Assembly (NCBI RefSeq): GCF_001194135.2
Contig: NC_068987.1
Span: 52,107,532-52,147,617, forward strand
Length of the DNA stretch: 40,086 nt
Direction: 5' to 3'
Origin: Octopus bimaculoides
Lineage: Eukaryota
The notes below the pieces were generated by a model that saw only the letters and a list, made by a program, of their open reading frames with translations, made no database searches and was not told the origin of the DNA. Both the position numbers and the translations under genes were made by a program. Shown here one piece after another: positions 11,561 through 24,288 of this stretch; position 1 is the first letter of the stretch; each line of letters begins with the position of its first letter.

Positions 11561-11774
11561 GGTTTCAAATTTTGCCACAAGGTCAACAGATTTTAAGTTG
11601 GGGTTAAGTCGGTTACATCGACCCCAGTACTCAACTGGTACTCATTCAATCGACCTCGAAAGGTGGGGAAAGCAACGTCGAGCTCGGCTGAATTTGAACG
11701 CAGCACTTAAAGATGGACGAAATGCCGCTAAGCATTTTGGCCAGTGTGCTTACGGTTCTGTCGTTTCACAGCCC
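11561..11774 (-). mobile_element. SINE family A (subfamily ending ..AAAATTTGAAACC)
   Basis: TACATCGACCCCAGTACTCAACTGGTAC..TCGACCTCGAAAGG..AATTTGAAC..GAAATGCCGCTAAGCATT. Confidence 0.85.
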
Positions 11775-11846
<72 letters not shown>

Positions 11847-11868
11847 TAATCATAATAATAATAATAAT

Positions 11869-11910
<42 letters not shown>
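11775..11910. repeat. (AAT)n microsatellite
   Basis: Direct reading; it produces the poly-N/I/Y ORFs. Confidence 0.95.
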
Positions 11911-12117
11911 CATTTCTACTATAGGCACAAGGCCTGAAATTTGGGGGAGGGGGCCAGTCGATTACATCGACCCTAGTAGGCAACTGTTTCTTAACTTATC
12001 GACTCCGAGAGGATGAAAGCCAAAGTGAACCCTTTCGGAATTTGAACTCAGAGCGTAAAAACGAACGGAATGCCGCTAAGCATTTTACTGGGTGTGCTAA
12101 CGCAAGCTCACTGCCTT
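11911..12117 (-). mobile_element. SINE family A (subfamily ending ..GTGCCTATAGTAGAAA)
   Basis: TTTCTACTATAGGCACAAGGCCTGAAATTTGGGGGAGGGGGCCAGTCGATTACATCGACC..GGAATTTGAACTCAG..GCCGCTAAGCATT. Confidence 0.9.
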
Positions 12118-12488
12118 TAAAATGGTTTCTTTATTAACCACAATGGAACTAAGACATAAGGATAGGGAAAAGAATAAGAAGATGCAAAATATTTTTCGGA
12201 ATTTCTATAGAAATATGTAACAAAAAGTAACCGAAAACTATTAGTAACGCCTAGAGTGTTACCGGTCTCGCCAACAATTAGTCCTCTATAGAACGCCAAA
12301 TTCGAAGTTCAGCAAACTGTATTGCACAAAAGGCAGAAGGCTGTGATTACCTAAGAACATTACAGGGATCAGGCGCTCAGCTTGCTCTTTGCTTGACTGA
12401 GGCTCCACAAGGAAGAAGAATAGTTTGAGGAAAAATGTGTGTGTAGGAAAGGGTGACTAGAAATGCTTATCGTCTAGGAATGTTTGAA

Positions 12489-12525
12489 TACATACATACA
12501 TACATTATATGATATATATACATAT

Positions 12526-12571
<46 letters not shown>

Positions 12572-12600
12572 GGGCGTGTGTGTGTGTGTGTGTATACATA
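12489..12600. repeat. (TA)n/(TG)n microsatellite
   Basis: Direct reading. Confidence 0.9.
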
Positions 12601-14825
12601 GTATAAAAGGGATTATCTTGGCGGATACCGTATTATGTGTCGAATTGCTTTAGATGCCCGCTATCCACAATGGTCAATTATGTAGTACTTAAGCTAAGAA
12701 AGAGATACTGATACTGGTAATCTTCATTCGTTGGATAATTCCGTGTTCCTATTGAGAACTGTAAATATTCCGTGGAGTATTTAATAACGTTGCTAACGAA
12801 GAGGAGTTTGGAGATTTTCTTCAATTTCGAAAACTTCATTATTTAAAGGATTTCTACAGCATATACATCTGATGTACATAAGTTTTAACTGTAATTAATA
12901 AATATACATACATGTGTATAGCTTGTAAGTTATTCATTTACTTGGTTTAAAGTTTCAATGCAAATACTTCTTGAAATTCTAATTATCAGCTTTTCCTGAC
13001 CTTACATTCAATATTTTTGCACTATTGGTGTTTGCTATTGTTGTCGGCAGTCCTATTGCCATCCTCGTTAAGGTTGATGCATATGTTGGTAACTTGACAC
13101 TAGAGATGTGTGCTCCGCATCAATTATGAAGCCTTGCCAATAAACTGAAAAGGATAAATGAACTCTGGAGTAATATTTATTTATAAAATATGCATATTTT
13201 ATACGGTAATCAGACATTCACAGCATGCATTATGCCACTTGCGGAAAAAGTAGATATAGTTGAGAAAGAAATTTTTATCTCACTATACTAGGTAGGTTAA
13301 AATCGATTAAAATTTGAGATGATATCCAATAGGGAAATAACATGGGCAAATTATGAACACAGTTTGAAAGTATCAGCGATATACGCAGATCGAAGATATA
13401 AATTCAAAGGCAAGATGATAAAGCCTTAAAACACAGAACAAGTTTTCAGAAGGATAACAAATGTAAGCAATAATAAAAGAGAAAAAGGGCCCAAAGCTTA
13501 TCTACTGAATAGAGGAAATTTATGCAAGAACTACAGCAGCGTAAATATGAATATAAATGAATATGTTGAGTTACATCTAAGTATAGAAATCTAAATTTGA
13601 AACCCAACCCATAAATAAGACAATATACTATATTTGTGTTTTGAGGATCAACGTAAATCCATACGAATTGCAAAATGGAAATAATTTAACCACGATATAC
13701 GTTAGGATGATGACATTAGAAATATATGCAGGTTTAACAGACTAATCACTGCAGTAGTTATAACAGTGTCAAAAGATGAGATATCCAAGCACGAAATTAG
13801 AAACTTATTAGACAGAGAAAACTTAAATGAAAAGAAAGTTCCGTCTGTGGCTAAAATCTACAGGAAACAGAAGCACGCATGGCATGCAAGTTAAATAGAA
13901 AAGAAATAGTACTTGACGGAAATTTAAAAACACCAAAGGCAAATGACTTTCCTTAAAGATCTAAGAATTATTCTTTATGCAAACATGAACAATACATTGA
14001 GCATAATATTTACTTTCCTAACCAAAATATTTCTCTCCAATAAATAAGTAGACAGAGAATATATCAATTCCACAACAACTGGAAAAGTAGAATATTCCAT
14101 GGAGTGGCCGAGGCAAGATTGTTAGAAAAAATAAAATATATGACACAATACAATGATTACAAGTACAACAGAAATCTATGTTTACGTGTAGAATAAGTCA
14201 TGAAATTAAACTCGTCCGCTTTTTCATATTCATCGCGTACTGGCCAGGTAAAGTATTTTTGTTTCCAAAATCATATTGAACCACTTCTTATTCTATTCTA
14301 AATTCTTTAAAAACTTTAATATTTCATTTGTACACTATCTTTTAAGTTTTCTTTGTGTTTTACAATTAATTCATTGAGATTTCATTTATTTATTTTTGTT
14401 GGATATTACAGTGGAACTTCTCATTTTGTTAGACATCTAAAATCTTAGCTAATACTCCAAGTTATTTTCATTAGTTCCTAGTTAGATGAAATGGATAAAA
14501 CATCTAAGTAAGACAGCAAATACAGAATATATAAGGGTAAAATTATATAAAAATTATAAAAGTAGATTTCCCAGATATCCTATCCCCCTACAAAAGAGAA
14601 AATAATGAAATGGGATAAAAATTTCTTTCTTCATCAATTTTTTCAGTAATTCACCTATTTGAAATGACAAGAATAACAAATTAACACCAATGATATACGA
14701 GATAATGAGTAGGCGACATTTTTATTGTTAGTATTTTGAAAATGTGTACTGGACAAAATCAAGTAGAAAAATTTTCTTTATTGACAGTAGCTAAAGCTGT
14801 ATTGTTGTCTTTTACATTTATTGCA

Positions 14826-15030
14826 GAAATATGTATGTGTGTTTATGTATGTGTGTGAGCGTGTGTGTGTATATGTGCGTGTAGATATATATGTATATGT
14901 ATATACATATATGCTTATGTGTATATACATGTATATATATGTAAATATGTATGTATGTGTGTGTATATGCGTATTAATATGTATGTATATGCATGTGTGT
15001 GTGTATTTATATACACACACATGTATGTAT
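14826..15030. repeat. Degenerate (TG)/(TA) microsatellite
   Basis: Direct reading. Confidence 0.9.
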
Positions 15031-17748
15031 ATTCGAAAAAAATCGACAGGCATTTATATATTTAGTAATAATTTATAGCAATTTATAATACCAATGATTA
15101 TCTAATAAACAAAACTCTATTAAAAATTTGAACATATATTATTATAAACATTTTAAATATCTAAAATTACAAAATATAATACAAAATTAAGATATTTAAA
15201 TAAAATATAACAAAGTACAACATAATAAATTGTGAAAATATATATTAAGACAGGTAAATTGTATATAAATGGAAGTGATATTTTAAAGAGTTTTTAAATA
15301 AACAAATTAAAGAAATAAGATAATATAAGAGATATTAGTGAAAATATCTCATGTCAAAATAAAATTAAATATGGTAGAATTCCATTCCCGTTCACGAAAT
15401 CATGTAAAATTATTGTGATTATGATGTAAATGCATGGCAAATAACTGTGTAAAATTGTATACATCGAAATGAAGTGACTCGACTAGAGATGATTGGTTTT
15501 GCTAATAATTATAACAAAAAGTAATCACGAGAGGGAACATGCTCAAGTATAAGTAATCATTTAAATTATTGAACAAACACTACAACCTGTTTATGTTTGA
15601 AGAAGAACGCATCAAGATGATCGATCTTTCCGTAATCAATTTTATCATAGTACTGTTAATTTAAACACAGGGTATTTGACCATAGCGTAAAGATATGTCA
15701 GAAACAGAAGATGAGGAGACGCTAATGTAAACCAAATACATGAATTAAATACATAAAAGAAATCTAGCATTGTGTATATGTTTCTAAAACTATTGTTTTA
15801 GCAAATCCTCCGAGAAAACATTGGCAAATTTAAGAGGTATTTGGAAGAAGCTTCTCAAACTAAATGCTCAGAATAACAAAAACAAAAATTCTGGTAAATA
15901 AACTATAACTCTGAAATATAAGCTCGGCAAAAGACTTCAGGACTCATGATTAGGTTAATACTGCTTTTCGCTATACAATCGTTAGTGTACTATTAGATAT
16001 TTGTTCTACGTTTGGATGATAATGTCAGACCAGTAAAATTCAGTATCATAGTAGCATTTGAGACATAATGATGTTGGCTGAGAGTGAATGAAGTTAGTTC
16101 TCTGTGGAAATTCAAATCAAATGGAAGAGCCATTCACAGGCAGCATTCACTGTCAGATATAACACTTTTCTATACAACTGGAACAGTGACAAAACGTGTT
16201 GGATGTGTAGCTATTTTATTGTAAAACAAAATGAATACTCGATGAAGGGGGTTCGTGGCGTAAAAGAAATCTAAAAAAAATTAAAGCAGAACAAGTATGG
16301 AAAATGAATGAAGGATGGAAGCTATACTAAACATGCAAATCTCTAGTAATATTATTACGTTCATTGTATGTTGTTCAGTCCTAAATTAGCTGCAATAAAT
16401 ATGTTCAAACATTACAAACTTATTTTTCGCCAGATGATCGCTCTGTCGGTTTGAGATCTAAGTATTCAACAGTCATATACGGCCTTAAAAGTATTCTCTA
16501 GTGGAATCAGCTTGAAGCAATATGCAATAAGCCTTGATATTACAGTTACATGTAAAATACATACGATTGACTTCAAAAGTTTCGCTGAAAGTCGATCGAT
16601 TCTATGATAAAGAATCATCGTTCCGAAATTCCATTTCGCGGAATCGAATATGCCCCCATCATTGCGAAGCGATATTCTGACCCCACTAAGTATAATTACG
16701 CCCATTTTTCAGAGTAATCTATCAGGCATACCGCAACATGTGTGACAACCCCCACTCGACTTTGTTGACTCATAACGTCTAGAAAAATGGATTACGATTC
16801 TATCGTTATTTAACATGAAAAAGAAAATCGGTGAGAAGACACATACTGACACACATCCCGATATTTTTCCGAAATTTAAAATTTCAATTTGTAGATATTT
16901 ATGTGTGTCACTGTATAAGTGAATGGGTCCACACAATTGGTTTTCATATTAAATTCCGATATACTCGTACACAAACATAGGGTAAGTATAGAAAATTTCA
17001 TTAAAATATACTTAATTCTCTGGAAGTTATGAGGAAGTAAATCAGTTGCTTGTTAATTTTCTGTAACTGCTCTCCCTACTCACGGAAAAAATTCTTTTCA
17101 TAATAAATTCTAATATAATCGGAATCCACACTATCTGAGGAATATTTGTAGAAAATTTAATTGAAAAATATTCATTTTTCTGGAAGGGGGACCTCATGAG
17201 GTGCATGCTATCTATCTAACATGGCATTATCAAATGTATACCTTGACCTTTTATAAGCCAATGTAATTTCAACACAGGGTGATTAGCTAACGAATCTAGC
17301 ACAAAGGGTTACTGCATAGATATCCTTTTGGTGTTTCAATTTTTTTTTTTTTTTTTTTTTTACTTGACAAAAATATTTGTTATATGCAACATTTTTGTTG
17401 ACAGCTAATGCATGTTTCAGGTGTTCCCTATTTTGCTGACGTAGTCTACTATCATTGGAAGTTGTATACAAACTTCCACTACCCAAGTATGGAAATTTAT
17501 AATTTTGCCAAATGTTAACGTCTTGAAATTATCATCCTTTTTTAATGAATAATACTTATTTCCGGTTTTCCCTTCTGACACTAATATGCAAATTTCGATG
17601 AACTTAGTAGATTTGTTCGTGCGTGTCATTCAGTACTGTACGCTTTACATTTTATATTCCAGATCTTAGTTTGATGATATCCGCTCTGTTTTGTACGATG
17701 ATTTGTTGGGAATATTTTCGCCCAGTGAGTGGGACACTTCTACAATTA

Positions 17749-19996
17749 CACTGGTCAACAAGTATTTTTGATGGAGTATATGTCAAGGTGTATTTTGTAA
17801 TTTTTAATGCTGATTTCAAATATTCAATTGCCCTTTTTATATCACGCACAGTTTTCAAGATGAGAATGTTTTTTGGTCTTAGTTCATGCGTTATATATAA
17901 ATTCCAATTAATGACGTGTATGCATGTATTTCATTTACATCATAAAAAATACCTTTAAAGTAAACTTCATTATTTATTACTGCATAATTCAGATACAATA
18001 TTTCATCATCTTAAATTAACCAGGCAAGTTTTGTCTGATTAAATAGGTATTTCGACATCTTAAATTTTTCAGTCATAATTGGTCTGATGAAATGTTTCAT
18101 CATCTCAAATTCAATATAAGTATAAGCGTTTGTATTTATTTACATACTTGTATTACTTACTTGTATTACTTACTTGTATTGTAGTAATCGTCCTCATGTG
18201 TTTTGTCATGTCTGTGGACAATTTACTGTGAAAGCTCAAAACGAACAATAACACCAGAGATCAAGAAGATTTATAAGCTGTAGTTTGTACTCTTGGAGAT
18301 CAGGACAAGTTATGGGCACCGCATTTTATCTGCTCAGCTTGCTGAAATGGCTTACGTAACTGGTTCAATAATAATAAGTCCATGTCGTTTGCCATTCCAG
18401 TGCTGTGGAGGGAGCCGAAAGACTATTTTCATGACTGTTATTTTTGCAAAGTAAATGTCACAGGAATTTCTATGAAGTAAAAATACAAAATTGTGTATCC
18501 CAATTTCGATTCTGCAATGAGACCTGTGCCTCACAATGGACATTCCAGTTCCAATTCCTCTTCCGCCAGACGATGGTACTGGAACATCAGATTATGATGT
18601 TGACTGTCACGATAATGGTGTTCAGGAATATTACATGGCTGATGACGATAGGTTTGAACTTCAGAAATTTGAACTGAATGACCCATTCAGTTCAAACCTA
18701 TTCCTCTCAAACAATAAAGCAAAACCGTTGGCATCAAGAATGAAGGAGAAGTGCCTGCTAGAGCACGGTGTTCGTTTGAATGTATATCACAAACTCATGA
18801 TCCTGCAGAGTGGCGTCTGCTTATCGACTCTTCAAAATGAAGTTTAAAAGCTGCACTTCTCCATAATAGTAATTTAAAGCCCCCATTCCTATTGCACACT
18901 CCGATCATCTTCATGAATCATATAAGCATATGCAACCTTTACTTCATACAATTGCCTATCAAAGATACACATAGAAAATATGTGGAGATTTAAGTCATTG
19001 GAATATTAATGGGGATGCAGTCAGGTCTCACAAAATACTGTTCTTTCTTGTGTCTATGGGATGGTGGGGCAACGGACGGGCATTATTCTGAATCAAACTG
19101 GCAGACAAGAACATCATACCAGCCAGGACTGTCTAGCGTCAAGAATACACCTCTTGTAGGTCCATTGCCGCCTTTGCACATAAAGCTTGGCCTGATGAAA
19201 CAGTTTGTAAAGACACTAGAGAGGGTTTAAGTATACTGTAGAAACGTTTCCCAAAATCACATAGGCGAATTTGAAAGAGAGTATCTTTGTTGGACCCCAA
19301 ATTAGAGAAGTACTCAAAGATGTCAACTTCAAGACAACTCTGGATGAACAGGAAATCCTTGCCTGGAATGCTTTCAACTGGATCTGTGAGAATTACTTGG
19401 GCAACAAGAAAGCAATAGATTGCAAGAATGGCTTCAAGAATCTTCTCGAATGTTACACAGCAATGGCTTGTAGCATGTCACTGAAAGTTCAATCCTTGGA
19501 CCTCCATCTGGATTTCTTCGCAGATAACCTTAGAGCAGTGTCTGATGAACATGGTGAAAAATTTCACCTGGGCATTAGTGCTATGGAGAAACGGTACTTA
19601 GGCTTCTGGAACGATAATATGCTGATTGAATCAATGCTGGATACTTTATCGGGATCAACCAGATCAACCGCAGGAAATCCAAACCACAATGTTTCTAACA
19701 CCATTGTTCTAACTTTCTTTTGTCTGACCCATTTTGTGTGTATTTATTCTGTGTAGAATGATAGTTATGATTTTTAATACAATAAATTCAATTATTTTCT
19801 AAAAATAATATTCCTTCTTTATTCTGTTAATGATTTCATATATACAAATATTTAAATATTTGCATGTATCTACTCAAAAACGGATAAGTGCTGCATACAA
19901 ATGGAGTGAAAGTTTGAAAGCAGCATGAAAAATGAGTCTAAAAATGTTGGTTTGCATTCATGATGAGTATAATATATTTAATTTTGTTGATTAGTG
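17749..19996 (+). mobile_element. Chapaev3-like (CMC superfamily) DNA transposon, apparently complete, 2248 bp
   Basis: Left end CACTGGTCAACAA and right end reverse complement CACTAATCAACAA; TTA on both sides (17746-17748 and 19997-19999); matching subterminal blocks TTTTTAATGCTGATTTCAAA / TTTTTCATGCTGCTTTCAAA; transposase remnant inside. Family name comes from recalled Chapaev3 hallmarks (CAC..GTG ends, TWA TSD). Confidence 0.8.
18178..19690 (+). pseudogene. Chapaev-type transposase pseudogene with multiple stops and frameshifts
   Basis: CSNRPHVFCHVCGQFT, GDQDKLWAPHFICSAC, WREPKDYFHDCYFC, YPNFDSAMRPVPH, CGDL, GMQSGLTKYCSFLCLWD, LPPLHIKLGLMKQFVK, KESIFVGPQIR and AVSDEHGEKFH..ISAMEKRY; covers ORF-track pieces 18536-18847, 19009-19230 and 19271-19756. 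Confidence 0.88.
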
Positions 19997-21668
19997 TTAG
20001 TTGAATTAATGCATATTCTGTATTAACTATATTACTGCTTGTAACTCTGTTTGGTTCCTAAAAAATATAATTCCCTTATTTGATCGGAGTGGTCCTGCAT
20101 TGCTCTTCATGTTGCTGGGTCTTCTTTATCTTTTAGGAACTCTGTCACATTATATTCAGGGTTGCATCGGCGCTCACATGAATCACAAGTCAAAGTTTCC
20201 ACATATTAATACCGAATAGAATATTTACCCATTTGACGGGCATTCTAAACGTAGCTATCCATCTTTGTTTCTCTCCTAATGCATTGCTTGCTGTGTCATT
20301 TCCGTTTTAATGAATTAAAATGTCTTTTTAGAGTTTTAATATATTAAAACAAGAAAACAGAGACCGATACTTTTGAAAGTAATATCAATGTAGAAAGAGC
20401 TACTGACTGCAGCAACAGTCTACGCGTTATTAACATATGAAAAGATTATTTAGATATGGTTAGTAATTAAACAAGAAAAGATAAAACATAATGAGACGAA
20501 AGCAACGTACAATTGCTTGTATACACCAAATGAATGCTGTCTGAAGTGCAGAATAAATGATTTCTTGTAGTCATGTGGTTTCCTTGGTTAGAGATTATTT
20601 AGTGTAATTCTGCCTGTTATACTGCAAATGACAATACCAACACTAACGTTTGCACTAAGCAAAAGGTTAATTGAGCAGTTACAAAAGAAAACTAAATGCA
20701 GATGAGACTTCATAGTATACAAAAGATAATCAAGTGATACTGATGAAACGGGACGATTGAAATGCATCCAAGTATTCTGGAGAACTTACACAAAAACAAG
20801 AAACAAGTTCTTAAAAATCAATGAGCCTTTCGATGCGGTCACTGATTCTTAATGTACATGTAAGTCAGGAGTGGAATGCACTTTTCAATGCAGAAAATTT
20901 GGACAAGAATGGATAATAAAACAAACAATATTTAAACGTCCGTGTTCAATGATTTCACAGAAAGATTGATTGCATCACTGAAGCAGCAATGAATTTGGAA
21001 TAAAATGTGAAACGTCAGTAAGATAAGCAGGATCGAGGGGTAATATTGTTTTTAGAAAATTCGGTTATAGATATATATGCACATATTAGATATTAACACA
21101 TATTTGCCATGGAAAACTTTATGTGTCACTCTTTGACACATAAATATGTCTATGAAATATTGTTTCGGTATGATAGAAATCCTTACGCATGCGTGAATAG
21201 AAATATGGAATATGAGAAGATGTCCATGGATTAATTAAGAAGAATGGTTGACAAGTAGAGTACGTCAGATTACGATAAGAGACAACGTGTTGATATACAC
21301 TTTATAGGGATTCGTTACAATAAATATCAGTGTTTGCTCATCACTCTGCTACTTGAAACACTAGGAGAGTTGTAACATAATGAGCTTTCAAGTACGAAGT
21401 AGCAAAACGATGTACGACATGTTTACTGACAATCAAGTAAGTCTTACACGAATGGCAATGACCAGTAAAATTAGAGTGTAAGCTAGTTGTGATTATAATG
21501 TTTGAAATTTGAAATTATACTTTCACAGATTCTGAAAATATTTTCTATATGATACTTTAAACGAGAACATTTTGAAATCAGCGGGACATAATGGATTACT
21601 TGATCAATAATGTATTCTATTCTGTAAATCTGAATTTCTAATGATTTATAAAAAGGTATATGCGGGTG

Positions 21669-21687
21669 TATCTATCTATCTATCTAC

Positions 21688-21732
<45 letters not shown>

Positions 21733-21852
21733 AGTGTAACTATATACATACATACATATGTATAAATAAATATTTATACATGCATATAGACATACATACA
21801 CACACACTCACATACACACACACTCACATACACACACACAAACACACACATG
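21669..21852. repeat. (TATC)n and (CA)n microsatellites
   Basis: Direct reading. Confidence 0.9.
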
Positions 21853-22394
21853 TGTAGCCCGACAAACTGGTTCACAAGTCAGTATCATTAGACTGCTGCC
21901 GGCATATTAGAATGAGAGATTCATTTACATATTCAAAACGTTTCTCATAAACAAATTATTAGAATATTTTAGAAAAAATATTTTTCTATAAAATTTATAA
22001 TGCTCATAAATAAATGTCTATAAAACAATAGTAGAACGTAAAGAATATTTCATGTAAAGTAAAAAGAATGTCAATATCATTTATATTAGAAAATATTATT
22101 GCTATAATTGCCTTCTGAACCACTTTCACCCGCACTAGATTCGCAAACACTATTACTTGTAGAAGCGATCTCTGATTCACAAACAATTGTAGACGGATTT
22201 CTTAAAAAAGAAAAAAAAAAGAAAGTCTAAATTTCTTAGCTTACAAGCTTTTTCGCTCTCAATAAAATTGTTGGTATCACGCAGAAGCATTTCTTATGGT
22301 ATAAGAAAATTTTGTACTTCTTTCAAAATCTTTATCTTGAGCTTGAAATATTTTCAATGCGTTATACTAATGTCGAAATTCTTTATAAGAAAAT

Positions 22395-23215
22395 AAGACT
22401 CGTGAACCCGGGGTTTTGTAAAGCGGGTCCTCGTAAAGTGAGGACCCGTATATATATACTGCATATGTGGAAAATTCTGTCTGCGGGTGTGTTTGTGGTG
22501 TTGTTAGCTAACACTTCCTCTTCGTTTTATCGATTTTGATGAAACTTGACTCGTGAGTAGTACTCATGTCTGAAAACCTCATGGCATACTCAGATTGTTG
22601 AAGTAAAATTGATAATAGGTTCCCGGGAAGCGATCCTTATATATACCTGATATATTTTCTTTTAACAGCCAATGGAAATAACCCATTCAGCCCTGGAACG
22701 GATCCTTATATATATCCAAGGGAAGTAACCCATTTATTTTCCTAAATTATTTGGTATAAATCAAATTGAGTATGCTTATTTCTTAGTATTTGAACTGTTA
22801 GAGTTATTTTCACATTTATCCAGTACAACTCATAAAACAAGTAAATAGTATTTTCCTAAACAACAGATCCAATTATTTCGGTAAGTGACTTATTCACGAA
22901 GTTACCAACACTAGCACCGTTGAGGGTAATATTCTCTGGGAACGCACAAAAGCCCTTTCAGAGTTATTTACTTTGAATTCTTAATATCTCATATCTGATT
23001 AACCTGTTATTACGTAACATGTTTCACGATTTTAGTATACATACCTTATCAGTATTTCCTCCTAAGTTCTATATACTCTGGGAACGCATTAAAACCCTTT
23101 TCGGGGCTACTTTATTTGAATTCCGACTATCGGGTAGTTAATTTCATGTTATTACATAACTGACTTCAGAATTTGGGTATTCATAACTTATTGGAAATTC
23201 CTAAAAACAAAATCC
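22395..23215. mobile_element. Possible non-autonomous Helentron/HINE-like element with GC-rich hairpin and internal tandem subrepeats
   Basis: Perfect hairpin CGGGTCCTC-GTAAAGT-GAGGACCCG (22424-22448); TTTTATCGATTTTGATGAAACTTG motif reminiscent of DINE/HINE cores; 142-bp-period direct repeats starting at 22934 and 23076. Boundaries and family are uncertain. Confidence 0.4.
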
Positions 23216-23313
23216 CGTGTAAGACAGTTTAGTATTCTCTGTAAATGCCAAAAAAAAAAAAGTTTTAAGGGCTACATACTTTGTATTGTTGTTATTGTAT
23301 TAGCGAAACAATT

Positions 23314-23521
23314 NNNNNNNNNNNNNNNNNNNNNNNNNNNNNNNNNNNNNNNNNNNNNNNNNNNNNNNNNNNNNNNNNNNNNNNNNNNNNNNNNNNNNNN
23401 NNNNNNNNNNNNNNNNNNNNNNNNNNNNNNNNNNNNNNNNNNNNNNNNNNNNNNNNNNNNNNNNNNNNNNNNNNNNNNNNNNNNNNNNNNNNNNNNNNNN
23501 NNNNNNNNNNNNNNNNNNNNN
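23314..23521. other. Assembly gap (N)
   Basis: Run of N with (TA)n on its right. Confidence 1.
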
Positions 23522-23540
23522 ATATATATATATATATATA

Positions 23541-23725
23541 TAGGCGCAGGAGTAGCTCTGTGGCAAGAAGCTTGCCTCCCAACCAAATACATCCTGGTCC
23601 AGTCCCACTACGTGGCATCTTGGGCAGCTGTCATATACTAAAGTCTGGGGTCGATCGAAGCCTTGTTAGTGGATTTAAGCGATGGAAACTGAAAGCAGAC
23701 CGTTGTATTTATATATGTTTATATA
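23541..23725 (+). mobile_element. tRNA-derived SINE, family B (5' part)
   Basis: AGGCGCAGGAGTAGCTCTGTGGCAAGAAGCTTG..GTCCAGTCCCACTACGTGGCATCTTGGGCAG..GGAAACTGAAAG; homologous to the copy at 31469. Confidence 0.8.
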
Positions 23726-24288
23726 TATGAACTTTTCAATCATAAAATCCATAAAATCCATCACATTCCATTAAAATAAATCCTGCGTTATTAACATCTC
23801 ACAAAGTCATTATTTCGGTTTTTCTTTAGTAAAATAATTGTGCAAATAAAATATGTTTGAAATTAACACTTCCACTGGACGAACTTACAACATCAAATCT
23901 AACAATTTTACTATCTTCTTAGATACTCTTCTCATTCTTATATGTGTTACTTAAACATATATCTCAAATAGCATCATCTCCAACAGAATTCGCTGAATAT
24001 AAAATAAAATGCCGACAGTCTCAAATAGTTGTAAGAGAAACTTAGATGTATAAATTGAATCTCAAGTGAATCGGACTATCCTAGTATCTATTCGCCAACA
24101 GGACATTATTTCTTATAATTGTTAATCAGACGTTCCCCAAGGAGAAACTTCCAGCATACAATCGTCAGATATAATTCTGAATAAATGTTCTTCTATAACA
24201 ATGAACTTAGTTCCGATTGTCTCAGTGGAATATACCAATATACCAGCATGAAATTACCATATATGAATATATGTGTGTGTATATATAT

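Noticed and set aside
11713-12016. Poly-N, poly-I and poly-Y ORFs (also 39718-40024 and the poly-Leu part of 146-694)
   Set aside because: Translations of (AAT)n microsatellites.
13900-16250. Scattered RTE-like LINE motifs on + (GV-RQDC at about 14101, LANLRGIWKK at about 15821, AFET--CW at about 16054)
   Set aside because: Each match is short, and the spacing is too wide for one RT domain. An HMM search of all six frames would be needed; a hit would move this to the features.
16560-16800. CpG-richer pocket with small hairpins (also about 25900-26160) as a possible promoter
   Set aside because: No linked first exon or recognisable core motif; it could equally be an unrecognised repeat.
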